Below are positions 1 to 7,628 of a DNA stretch of 11,341 nt, one piece after another. The notes under the pieces are model-generated. The model made no database searches. It was not told where the DNA came from and saw only the letters and a list, made by a program, of their open reading frames with translations. Both the position numbers and the translations under genes were made by a program. How positions within the stretch are numbered: position 1 is the first letter of the stretch; every line of letters begins with the position of its first letter. The DNA comes from Vulcanisaeta sp. AZ3 (GTDB taxonomy: Archaea; Thermoproteota; Thermoprotei; Thermoproteales; Thermocladiaceae): the NCBI GenBank assembly GCA_000960865.2, contig JZWU02000039.1, positions 1-11,341 of the forward strand, written 5' to 3'.

Positions 1-1
1 G

Positions 2-409
2 CTTTATGTATTAAGGACTATTGAACTCATATATTTGTTAATGAGTGAGTATAGAGTTGTGATTGATGGGAGGGAGGTTAACGTTAATGAACTTGTTAAG
101 CATATTAACAATCCATACGCATTAACTGTGTACCTCGACATGAGGAAGAGGGGTTATTTCATAAGGCCCGTGGCTAATGGACCTGTGGACTTCTTGGTCT
201 GGGATAAGGGTAAGAGCCCGATTGATTCAAGTCCTAGGTATATGATTAAGATTGTGACTGAGGGACTTGAAATACAGATCATGAAGTTACTTAACGTACT
301 TAAGTATAGTGAGAGCATGGGCGCACAATTAGTCTTGGCCTTGGTTAGTTCTGAGGGGGTTATTACTTATTATAAGGCGTTTACTTTTAAGCCTGTTAGG
401 GGGGATTAA
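2..409 (+). CDS. tRNA splicing endonuclease, structural (non-catalytic, beta-type) subunit; 5'-truncated by the window edge
   Basis: The frame is open from base 2 (LYVLRTIELIYLLM..., matching the LxxxEaxYL motif), so the true start is upstream of the window. Family hallmarks are VYLDMRKRGY, DFLVW and LVLALVSSEGVITYY. The positions expected for the catalytic Tyr/His/Lys read W, no His and A. Confidence 0.8.
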   Translation, partial: LYVLRTIELIYLLMSEYRVVIDGREVNVNELVKHINNPYALTVYLDMRKRGYFIRPVANGPVDFLVWDKGKSPIDSSPRYMIKIVTEGLEIQIMKLLNVLKYSESMGAQLVLALVSSEGVITYYKAFTFKPVRGD

Positions 410-411
410 TT

Positions 412-711
412 ATGGTTACGATTAAAGATTTGGAGCAAGTACTGCTCATTGTCAGGAGCAAGGGTTTAAGGGTCATTATTAAGCTTAAGGGCACTAGGAG
501 CGCAATAGCCCTAGAGAGGGAGATTAGGGCTTTGAGTCCTGAGGGTAATTACATAGCCTGGACCACTGCATTTCCTGCAGCACCTCATCAAGTTCTTGAT
601 GCTTACGGTATAGCATCAGTAGAGATCTATTGTAGGGGCGAACTAATCAAGCAGGTTGGTAGCTGGAGGGAACTGGTGAGGGAGCTTCAGGTAATTAATG
701 AGTGTAGGTAA
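412..711 (+). CDS. Hypothetical protein (99 aa)
   Basis: ATG lies 2 nt after the upstream stop, with a G-rich Shine-Dalgarno-like GGGGGGA at 399-405. Codon usage resembles the neighbours (AGG, GAG, ATT). No recognisable motif. Confidence 0.75.
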   Translation: MVTIKDLEQVLLIVRSKGLRVIIKLKGTRSAIALEREIRALSPEGNYIAWTTAFPAAPHQVLDAYGIASVEIYCRGELIKQVGSWRELVRELQVINECR

Positions 712-1605
712 TCACCTCTCAACAACGTAATCCCTACCCCCAATCCTCAACTTAATGATAGAACCCTCCCTAACAGTACCATCATCAATAATAAACTCCC
801 CACCAGCACTGGACCTAAGGCTAATCCTAAATAACCTAGCTCCAATCTGAGCAAGGTCCTTAGACCTTGATGAACACACATTAACATTAATCCAAGGCCA
901 CCTACGCCTCACCTCACTCGCTAACTTAACACCAACATCTAAACTACCAACAACACTACCATCAGGACCCGGCACGTAGTCCATCCTAACCAGGTTATTA
1001 ATATTCGCAGGGCTCACGTCAAGTTCGTTAATGTTTATGAAACCTATTAATCCATTATTGATGAGAACCTCCGCAACCCTCAAAATATTATCCTCAAACC
1101 TGGGCAGTGCAGGTACCTCGAGGCCAAGAGTTATTCCTGAATCCTTAAGTATCCTGATAAGCCCTAACTTATTACTTAACTGGGTTGGGTTTATTGCATG
1201 AATCCTAACCTCATCAATCCCACTGCCTGCTAACTTCCTAACGGCCTCCTCACTTAGGTTTAGGGCGTGGGTGTACATGTGTATGTGGAATTTCTGCCCA
1301 TACAAATCCTTAAGGATCCTTACCAAATCGACGACTCTATCAACAACAACAATTGGATCACCACCACTTATGGCAAGACCATTAGACCCAGCCCTATCTA
1401 ACTCCCTAATTATATCATCGGGATATTGCTTAACTGGCACATCATTTATGAACATGACATCTCTACCAAACCTATCCCTATCCACAGGGCAGTAGAAGCA
1501 GTTTAGTGGACAAAGCCCAGTTATGAAAAGTACGCTCTTAGTGCCTAGTAGGCATTGTCTGCATCCTCTTGTTAACTCGCCAAAGACTGTATTTAATGGA
1601 CGCAT
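712..1605 (-). CDS. Radical SAM protein, uncharacterised archaeal family (COG2108-like)
   Basis: CxxxCxxC motif (CPLNCFYC), an additional N-terminal GCRQC, the SGGDP SAM-binding motif, HIHMYT, GIDEVRIH and FININEL. Confidence 0.88.
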   Translation of the reverse strand: MRPLNTVFGELTRGCRQCLLGTKSVLFITGLCPLNCFYCPVDRDRFGRDVMFINDVPVKQYPDDIIRELDRAGSNGLAISGGDPIVVVDRVVDLVRILKDLYGQKFHIHMYTHALNLSEEAVRKLAGSGIDEVRIHAINPTQLSNKLGLIRILKDSGITLGLEVPALPRFEDNILRVAEVLINNGLIGFININELDVSPANINNLVRMDYVPGPDGSVVGSLDVGVKLASEVRRRWPWINVNVCSSRSKDLAQIGARLFRISLRSSAGGEFIIDDGTVREGSIIKLRIGGRDYVVER

Positions 1606-1632
1606 GGAGCTTGATCTTCTATAAAAGGCCTA

Positions 1633-1664
1633 TTTTAAACTCCTGTGCGTTAAGCATTTTAATA
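1633..1664. promoter_or_regulatory. Putative divergent TATA boxes for the radical SAM gene (-, 1633-1639) and the rhomboid gene (+, 1657-1664)
   Basis: TTTAAAA on the minus strand lies about 27 nt before ATG 1605. TTTTAATA on the plus strand lies about 21 nt before ATG 1686. This spacing is typical of leaderless archaeal transcripts. Confidence 0.5.
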
Positions 1665-1685
1665 ATAACCACCGCAGACTGAGCG

Positions 1686-2255
1686 ATGTATAGATTTAGG
1701 AGCACATTGATCGCCTTCATAATATCGACAATATTCACGTTACCAGTGCTCATAAACTACAGCAACCAAGCAATATACAGTGCCCTAGTAAACTTACTGG
1801 GTAGTACCTGGCCGCCAATAACGCCCTGGGGCTTCATAACAGCAATATTCATGCATCCAACATTCCTAGACTACGTCTTTGACATGATGACTTTGTGGTT
1901 CATAGGGCCCTTCTTTGAGAGCATCTATGGGACTAGGAACTTCTGGATAACCTTTCTACTCAGTGGTTTTGCCTCAACTTTATCGCCAGCACTGTATTAT
2001 ATCATGGGTACGCCGGTCATTGTTGGCGGATCGTCAGGGGCACTCTTTGGTTTAGTTGGTTTCATAATAGCGACACCGCATAGGGGGGTTATACTTTCGA
2101 ACCCAATAAACATATTGGCAATAATCTTCTTACTATCACCCCTGGCCTTTGCCTTCGGCATAGCATATCTAGGGCATCTCCTAGGCTTCATTATAGGACT
2201 ATTACTCGGTTACTCATACAGCAAGAGAGCGGTTTTGCCTATTCCTGCATTTTAA
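1686..2255 (+). CDS. Rhomboid family intramembrane serine protease
   Basis: About six hydrophobic helices, PWGFITAIFMH (WR/H region), GSSG carrying the catalytic Ser, and GHLLGFIIG carrying the catalytic His. Confidence 0.88.
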   Translation: MYRFRSTLIAFIISTIFTLPVLINYSNQAIYSALVNLLGSTWPPITPWGFITAIFMHPTFLDYVFDMMTLWFIGPFFESIYGTRNFWITFLLSGFASTLSPALYYIMGTPVIVGGSSGALFGLVGFIIATPHRGVILSNPINILAIIFLLSPLAFAFGIAYLGHLLGFIIGLLLGYSYSKRAVLPIPAF

Positions 2256-2329
2256 GGCGAAGTTAATAGCAGAAAGTAAAATAAGGACTAAGCACAATAT
2301 TTATTAATAGGATTAGCATAATTAATATT

Positions 2330-4147
2330 ATGACAAAGGCATTAGTAACGAGGTTAACATATCCGGTGATAGTACTAACCATAGTATTGGCATTAGTAAC
2401 ACCGGTAGTAACGGCAGAGCAGGTAATACATCCAGTGATGTATAACATGACAACAATAACAGAGTCTAATGACCCATTCGTAACATATAATGGCTTTTAC
2501 TCCTTCGAGGCATACCAACCATTACCTCCAGGTAAGCCAATAGTAATACCGGTGCTCACTAATGCTGTATTCCCATATAAGCTAAGCAATAATTACGCGA
2601 CTGTGCCTCAAAATGCGACGGTGTGTATACCACCTGGTACCTATAGTATAATTCTACTAAATGTAACAATAACAGAGACCGGTGGGCCTCAGTATGATAG
2701 GGCATTCTACATATTCGCAAATGGGATACCCGTGTTCTGGGGTAGTACGCAGGAAATACTCAATTCAACGGCCTGGTCTGATTTGACACTCTTTGAGAAT
2801 ATGCTGGCCGGGAATTGTGTTATATTTAGGGCTATATTGCCTAATTGGATAGTGCCTTCGATAGGGGTTACTGGGTATTACGTGGTAAATATAACTCTAT
2901 ATCTATACAAGGGGCCAGAACCATCAAACTTGCCTAATTACTTCATACCAATCGCACCCAATGCCTATGGAGTATCTCTGATTGGGTTAAATCCGTTTCA
3001 TGACGATATAACGTATATGGTAAACCTTCCTAATGGTACATATAGAGCCCTCATACTTATGTACATGGAGGGTGGTGAATTAGATGAGTTCTGGTACACA
3101 AACGAACCTGCAACAAGGAACCTACTCATTTACTACAATGGTTACCTGGCCTCTGTCTTTAATCCATTCGAAACAATATACACTGGCGGTATTGACCCAT
3201 TCATGTGGAAGCCCATGCCCTCAATAAACACTTTGTCCTTCCATAACCCATATGTAGCCGATATAACGCCCTTACTTGCTACAGGTCTTAGGGGCAACAT
3301 AACTATAACAATGACAAATCTATACGAGGCATACGAATTAACAGGATTACCTTACTATACCTGGACAGTCTCGGGAGTACTCATGCTTTGGGTAAATAAC
3401 TCTAACAAGTTGGTAGGTGGTAAATTAATAACCGCGCAATCAAGATTCTTTGATTCAGGGCCGAAATTCTCAACAACGTCAACGGGCCTAACGGAATATG
3501 TTGAATATGGTAATTATAGCATTAATTACGTGGCTGAGTTATATTATCAACACGGAACCGAGATTTCCCATACAGAACAGAGCGGTGTGTTTAATGCATT
3601 CCAGCTATTTAACCAGGTTATGGAATACGGAACATTAAATGAGAACTTCACTGAGACGTCCATGGACACATTCTTAGGTATGGGTAATCCATTCACACTA
3701 TCCTTTGAAGGTAAATACCCAATAGTATTTAATATAACTGCGTATGTAACACCACTCGGACCAACAACTCATTACCCGTATCCAGCTGCTTATATTCAGT
3801 ACGCAACGATTTACATACCAATGAGCACTCATGAATTAATGTCAACGCCTAGAATGACCTACACATCAGATATTAAGGATACACTTAATTCTTACGGCTT
3901 CATGAACCTTACATTGGAGATAATTAATCCATACGGAGGAGCCGTGGTCACTGGAATATCAGGCAATTACGCAAGAACAAGTAAGAACCTAACTTCAACT
4001 ACAATCTACTCAACCCCCGCTAGCACATGGGGTTGGCTTGAGAGATTCAGTGCATTAGCAATATCGCCAAATGCCACTGACCTAATTGGTTATTACCAAT
4101 ATGTAACGCTTAGGTTATTGCATATTGGCGTACCAATGTGGAAGTAA
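2330..4147 (+). CDS. Secreted peptide-N4-(N-acetyl-beta-glucosaminyl)asparagine amidase A (PNGase A) family protein
   Basis: N-terminal signal peptide (basic n-region, hydrophobic core, ...VTA). PNGase A-type motifs GPQYDR, DEFWY, IYTGGIDPFMWKP and DITPLL. 14 N-X-S/T sequons counted by eye. Confidence 0.82.
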   Translation: MTKALVTRLTYPVIVLTIVLALVTPVVTAEQVIHPVMYNMTTITESNDPFVTYNGFYSFEAYQPLPPGKPIVIPVLTNAVFPYKLSNNYATVPQNATVCIPPGTYSIILLNVTITETGGPQYDRAFYIFANGIPVFWGSTQEILNSTAWSDLTLFENMLAGNCVIFRAILPNWIVPSIGVTGYYVVNITLYLYKGPEPSNLPNYFIPIAPNAYGVSLIGLNPFHDDITYMVNLPNGTYRALILMYMEGGELDEFWYTNEPATRNLLIYYNGYLASVFNPFETIYTGGIDPFMWKPMPSINTLSFHNPYVADITPLLATGLRGNITITMTNLYEAYELTGLPYYTWTVSGVLMLWVNNSNKLVGGKLITAQSRFFDSGPKFSTTSTGLTEYVEYGNYSINYVAELYYQHGTEISHTEQSGVFNAFQLFNQVMEYGTLNENFTETSMDTFLGMGNPFTLSFEGKYPIVFNITAYVTPLGPTTHYPYPAAYIQYATIYIPMSTHELMSTPRMTYTSDIKDTLNSYGFMNLTLEIINPYGGAVVTGISGNYARTSKNLTSTTIYSTPASTWGWLERFSALAISPNATDLIGYYQYVTLRLLHIGVPMWK

Positions 4148-4191
4148 CTTAGTCCCTAATTTACTAATTCATGCATAAAATTCTATTCCTT

Positions 4192-4249
4192 TTATCAGAC
4201 CTCCAGGTGTTCATCACTGTTCTGCTGTCCCGACAGCCATCATCACCTT
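4192..4249 (-). ncRNA. C/D box guide sRNA
   Basis: The minus strand reads GTGATGA (box C, 4246-4240), TGGCTGTCGGGACAG, CAGA (D', 4224-4221), ACA, GTGATGA (C', 4217-4211), ACACCTGGAGGT, CTGA (D, 4198-4195). Box order and size are canonical for archaea. A possible TATA box CTTAATA lies at 4278-4272. The ends are approximate. Confidence 0.85.
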
Positions 4250-4597
4250 TATCATACTCAGTAGTTATGCCTATTAAGGATTTGCCGTAAGTATTTACGA
4301 TGATTAGAGTTTAATGATCTTGACTGTCATGTAATTATTAATGCTAATACCCATTGAGACGACTTGCTCTTCGTGAATGTGTCTTTTGATTATGTTTTGA
4401 ATAACTTAATATTTATTGTTATAAGTATAATCTCTTCGTGGTCTCCATTAACATAATCAATAATGCATTGAATAGATTAGTTTCCTAGACTTTCCTCACA
4501 TTGTCATTAGTTGTAATGTTGTGGTAATGGGTGTTGGTTGTATTATTCTTATTGCCGTAATAAATGGTTTTATGCTCCTCTGTAGTGAATTTGTGCT

Positions 4598-5305
4598 GTG
4601 GTTGAGGTTTTTGTGGGGACTAGTGGTTGGCTTTATGATTGGAATGCGGAGTCAACCTTTGATTGGTATGTGAATAACACTGGTTTAAATGCTGTTGAAC
4701 TTAATGCCTCATTCTATAGATTCCCCTTTAGAAACCAGGTCCTTTCTTGGTCGCGGAAGGGATCTACCTTGCGCTGGGCTGTTAAGGTTCATAGGTACAT
4801 AACGCATGTAAGGAGGCTTAAGTCTGAGGCCTTGGATACTTGGCGTAGGTTTAAGGATTTATTTACTCCGTTAGATCCGTATGTGGATTTCTATTTGTTT
4901 CAAATGCCTCCGAATTTTACGTTTAATGATGAGAATATTGCGAGGATAAGGGAGTTTGCGGTTGGGAGTGGGCTTGGTTGGAGGTTTGCTATTGAGTTTA
5001 GGCATGGATCTTGGTTTAGTGATGATGCTTTGGGGAGGCTTAGGGGTCTTGGTGTTACTGTGGTTTCTGTGGATGAGCCTGGTGTTACTTGGGTCGTGAG
5101 TAGTAATGGTGTTGTTTATTTAAGGCTTCATGGTAGGTCTGATTGGTATTGGTATGACTATAGTGAGGGTGAACTTGAGGATTTAGCTAATAGGGTTTTG
5201 GCTTTGGGTCCGTCTAGGGTCTATGTTTTCTTTAATAATGATCATTGGATGCTTGAGAATGCTAGAAAAATGCTCTCTATACTCCGTAATCTCGTGAATA
5301 CATGA
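4598..5305 (+). CDS. DUF72 (YecE/UPF0759) family protein
   Basis: Motifs VGTSGWLY, AVELNASFYRFP, AVKVHRYITH, LFQMPP, AIEFRHGSW, YLRLHG and VYVFFNND. GTG start. Confidence 0.92.
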   Translation: MVEVFVGTSGWLYDWNAESTFDWYVNNTGLNAVELNASFYRFPFRNQVLSWSRKGSTLRWAVKVHRYITHVRRLKSEALDTWRRFKDLFTPLDPYVDFYLFQMPPNFTFNDENIARIREFAVGSGLGWRFAIEFRHGSWFSDDALGRLRGLGVTVVSVDEPGVTWVVSSNGVVYLRLHGRSDWYWYDYSEGELEDLANRVLALGPSRVYVFFNNDHWMLENARKMLSILRNLVNT

Positions 5306-5361
5306 TTCGCTGTTTATTGTTGTGGTTTTAAACATAATCATTATATCTATTTCATTGCAGG

Positions 5362-6564
5362 TTATTGTTTTCTTGATAGAGCTAGTAAGCCTGCTATTGT
5401 TAATGTTATTCCGATGATCATGAAGGTTATCATGCCTAGGTTCATGGGTGCTATTAATGCCACTAACATGGGGCCCCAACCTCCAATTAGGAGGCCCCAG
5501 TTATACGATATGCCTAGACCACTTGCCCTGTGATGTACCTCGAATTTATCAATTAGTGTGTATGGTACAAGGCCCATTGCGAAGTTCTCTATGAAGGCTA
5601 GTAGAATTAGGTTTATGGGGCTTGGCTGTAGAATTAAGGCTAGGGGCGCGTAGGCTAGGGATATTACTAATGTACTGATAATGACCCACCTATAGTTAAT
5701 AATTAGGGCTAAAGGTCCTGCAAGGAGGACGGCAATTACTGCGGCTATTGTTGATAGAAGCATTACGCTGGGTATTAGGTATGGTTTGTGGAGGACATAT
5801 AATAGGTCTGAGTACACTAGGTACGTGGAGTAATAAACCATTAGCAAGCCTCCAGTGAATAATATGCCAAAACCTAACCACTTACTTCTCTGCTTAAACA
5901 AAACCTTGAGTGGGTTGGCTCTGGGTCTAGACCATATTGGTGATTCAACTAATCTACTCCTCACTAGGAATGCTATAAGTGCCACTATGGCTCCAGTGGC
6001 TAGGTAAATTCTCCAACCATAGTATTCGAAGCTCACCGAACCCATTAGGCCCATGAATAGTGAGTATACTATTGTTGCGATAACTACACCTATTGGGTAG
6101 CCACTTTGTACGAAGCTTGACGTTAGTTCTCCTCTCCATTTACTCCATTCCATTATCATTGCTGTACCGGGCCCCCACTCACCGCCTAGGAATATGCCCT
6201 GCAAGAACCTGAGTGTTAATATCGTGATTGGCGCTAAGACTCCTATTGCCTCATACGTAGGCAATAATGCCATTATTAAGGCTGGTATGCTATAACCAAT
6301 AACTGTAATCAAAAGACCAATCCTCCGCCCAAACTTATCACCAACATAACCCATGACCACGGAACCCAGCGGTCGCCCAACTAGTGTTGCGACCAAGGTC
6401 GATGCACCGCCAAGGATTGAGTAAGGCCCTGGAAAGAAGAGTTCGCCAAGTAATGGTATTATTGGTGTTACGAGGAGGGCGTCATAACCGTCTAGTACCC
6501 AACCAAGGTAGGCGCCTGTGATTGCTCTCCATCTTATTTTTTCAATGGCACCTTCAGTGTTCAT
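5362..6564 (-). CDS. MFS transporter (metabolite:H+ symporter-like)
   Basis: About 12 hydrophobic segments. Motifs DGYD in TM1, RPLG...GYVGDKFGRR (motif A), RFLQGIFLGGEW, WRIYL and LVESP. Confidence 0.92.
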   Translation of the reverse strand: MNTEGAIEKIRWRAITGAYLGWVLDGYDALLVTPIIPLLGELFFPGPYSILGGASTLVATLVGRPLGSVVMGYVGDKFGRRIGLLITVIGYSIPALIMALLPTYEAIGVLAPITILTLRFLQGIFLGGEWGPGTAMIMEWSKWRGELTSSFVQSGYPIGVVIATIVYSLFMGLMGSVSFEYYGWRIYLATGAIVALIAFLVRSRLVESPIWSRPRANPLKVLFKQRSKWLGFGILFTGGLLMVYYSTYLVYSDLLYVLHKPYLIPSVMLLSTIAAVIAVLLAGPLALIINYRWVIISTLVISLAYAPLALILQPSPINLILLAFIENFAMGLVPYTLIDKFEVHHRASGLGISYNWGLLIGGWGPMLVALIAPMNLGMITFMIIGITLTIAGLLALSRKQ

Positions 6565-6603
6565 GACTTGAGTCTAGCCTTAAAAATGCCATTTAAGTAT
6601 TGC

Positions 6604-7542
6604 TTAAATTGAGAGTGGTGGGTATATGCGTGCTATTATCATTGATACTATGAATATTATGAGCATTATTAATCTAATACTGAAGGGCCCAGCCCATAGC
6701 TTTCTAAGTTCCTTCCACCTCTTCTTAACCTCGGTCTCATCGCCACTGAGTAGGGGGTTTACGAGGCTTACTATCTCTGGTATTAATAGTAGGGTTATTA
6801 GGGAGGTGTATGGTAGGTAATGGAGTATAGTGGAGGTTATTATGGCCAAGTACATAACAGTTATTGATGTATAAATCACGTATTTTATATTCTTAAACCC
6901 AAGAAGGAGCACCAGTGTTTTCTTACCAACCTTCCTACAAGCGTCTAGTTCAAGGGCTCCTGAACCCAGTAGTATTAATAGTGTAAATATGCCATTAGGT
7001 ATACCGACAATCAGCGGTGCTAGGTTTGTGTATATCCCTGTTTGTACTATGAATGAGCCCCAAGTCACGAGGGGTCCCATGGCTATTGCAGCTAGTAATT
7101 CGCCATAACCATTATAGTGGAATTCGAGCGGTGGGGCTGTATAACCAATACCAATGATTAAGCCCGTTAGTGCTAGGGGGAGGATGGGCCAGCCGACAAT
7201 TATGACTAGGTAGATTCCGGCTAGGAATGCTATGGTGAGGAATGCATAACCAACGGTGATTACATCCCTAGACTTGAGTCCAAGGTCTATTATTGGGTGT
7301 GGCCTATGGGCGAAGCCACTTGCTCTATAGAGTATGTCAACGCCTTTTATATAATCGTAGTAATCACTGACTAGGTTCACACCTGCCTGAGCTAATAGTA
7401 GGGCTACAAGGGTTATTATATAGATCGCTAGGTTAAATTTATCGGCTAGGTACCAGGCTAATGCTGTACCGAGGGTTACGGATGAGAAAGCGCTCAAGAG
7501 TGTTGTTGGGCTGAGTGAAAGTAACCATGATTTTAGGTTCAT
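6604..7542 (-). CDS. UbiA-superfamily membrane protein, MenA (1,4-dihydroxy-2-naphthoate prenyltransferase)-like, with degenerate catalytic motifs
   Basis: QAGVNLVSDYYDYIKGVD, YTAPP...YNGYGE, GPLVTWGSFIVQ and GKKTL align with the MenA consensus. ATG 7542 was chosen; an in-frame TTG lies at 7545. Confidence 0.8.
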   Translation of the reverse strand: MNLKSWLLSLSPTTLLSAFSSVTLGTALAWYLADKFNLAIYIITLVALLLAQAGVNLVSDYYDYIKGVDILYRASGFAHRPHPIIDLGLKSRDVITVGYAFLTIAFLAGIYLVIIVGWPILPLALTGLIIGIGYTAPPLEFHYNGYGELLAAIAMGPLVTWGSFIVQTGIYTNLAPLIVGIPNGIFTLLILLGSGALELDACRKVGKKTLVLLLGFKNIKYVIYTSITVMYLAIITSTILHYLPYTSLITLLLIPEIVSLVNPLLSGDETEVKKRWKELRKLWAGPFSIRLIMLIIFIVSMIIARIYPPLSI

Positions 7543-7564
7543 CAATTTTTGGGCATTGGTATGG

Positions 7565-7577
7565 ATTTAAGTTTTTC
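7565..7577 (-). promoter_or_regulatory. Putative BRE/TATA for the MenA-like gene
   Basis: The minus strand reads GAAAAACTTAAAT, ending about 22 nt before ATG 7542. Confidence 0.5.
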
Positions 7578-7628
7578 TAAGGGATGTAGAGAATAATTGT
7601 TTTAGTTGGGGTCTTACGGTTTATTTTA

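Noticed and set aside
35-43. TTG 35 or ATG 41 as the start of the first gene
   Set aside because: The frame is open to base 2 and the upstream residues match the family motif, so the real start lies outside the window.
1271-2448. Short ORFs 1271-1495 (+), 1997-2191 (-) and 2263-2448 (-)
   Set aside because: They are antisense to well-supported genes and have no motifs.
5183-6820. Short ORFs 5183-5479, 5696-5881, 5954-6139 and 6626-6820
   Set aside because: They are alternative-frame or antisense shadows of the DUF72, MFS and MenA-like genes.
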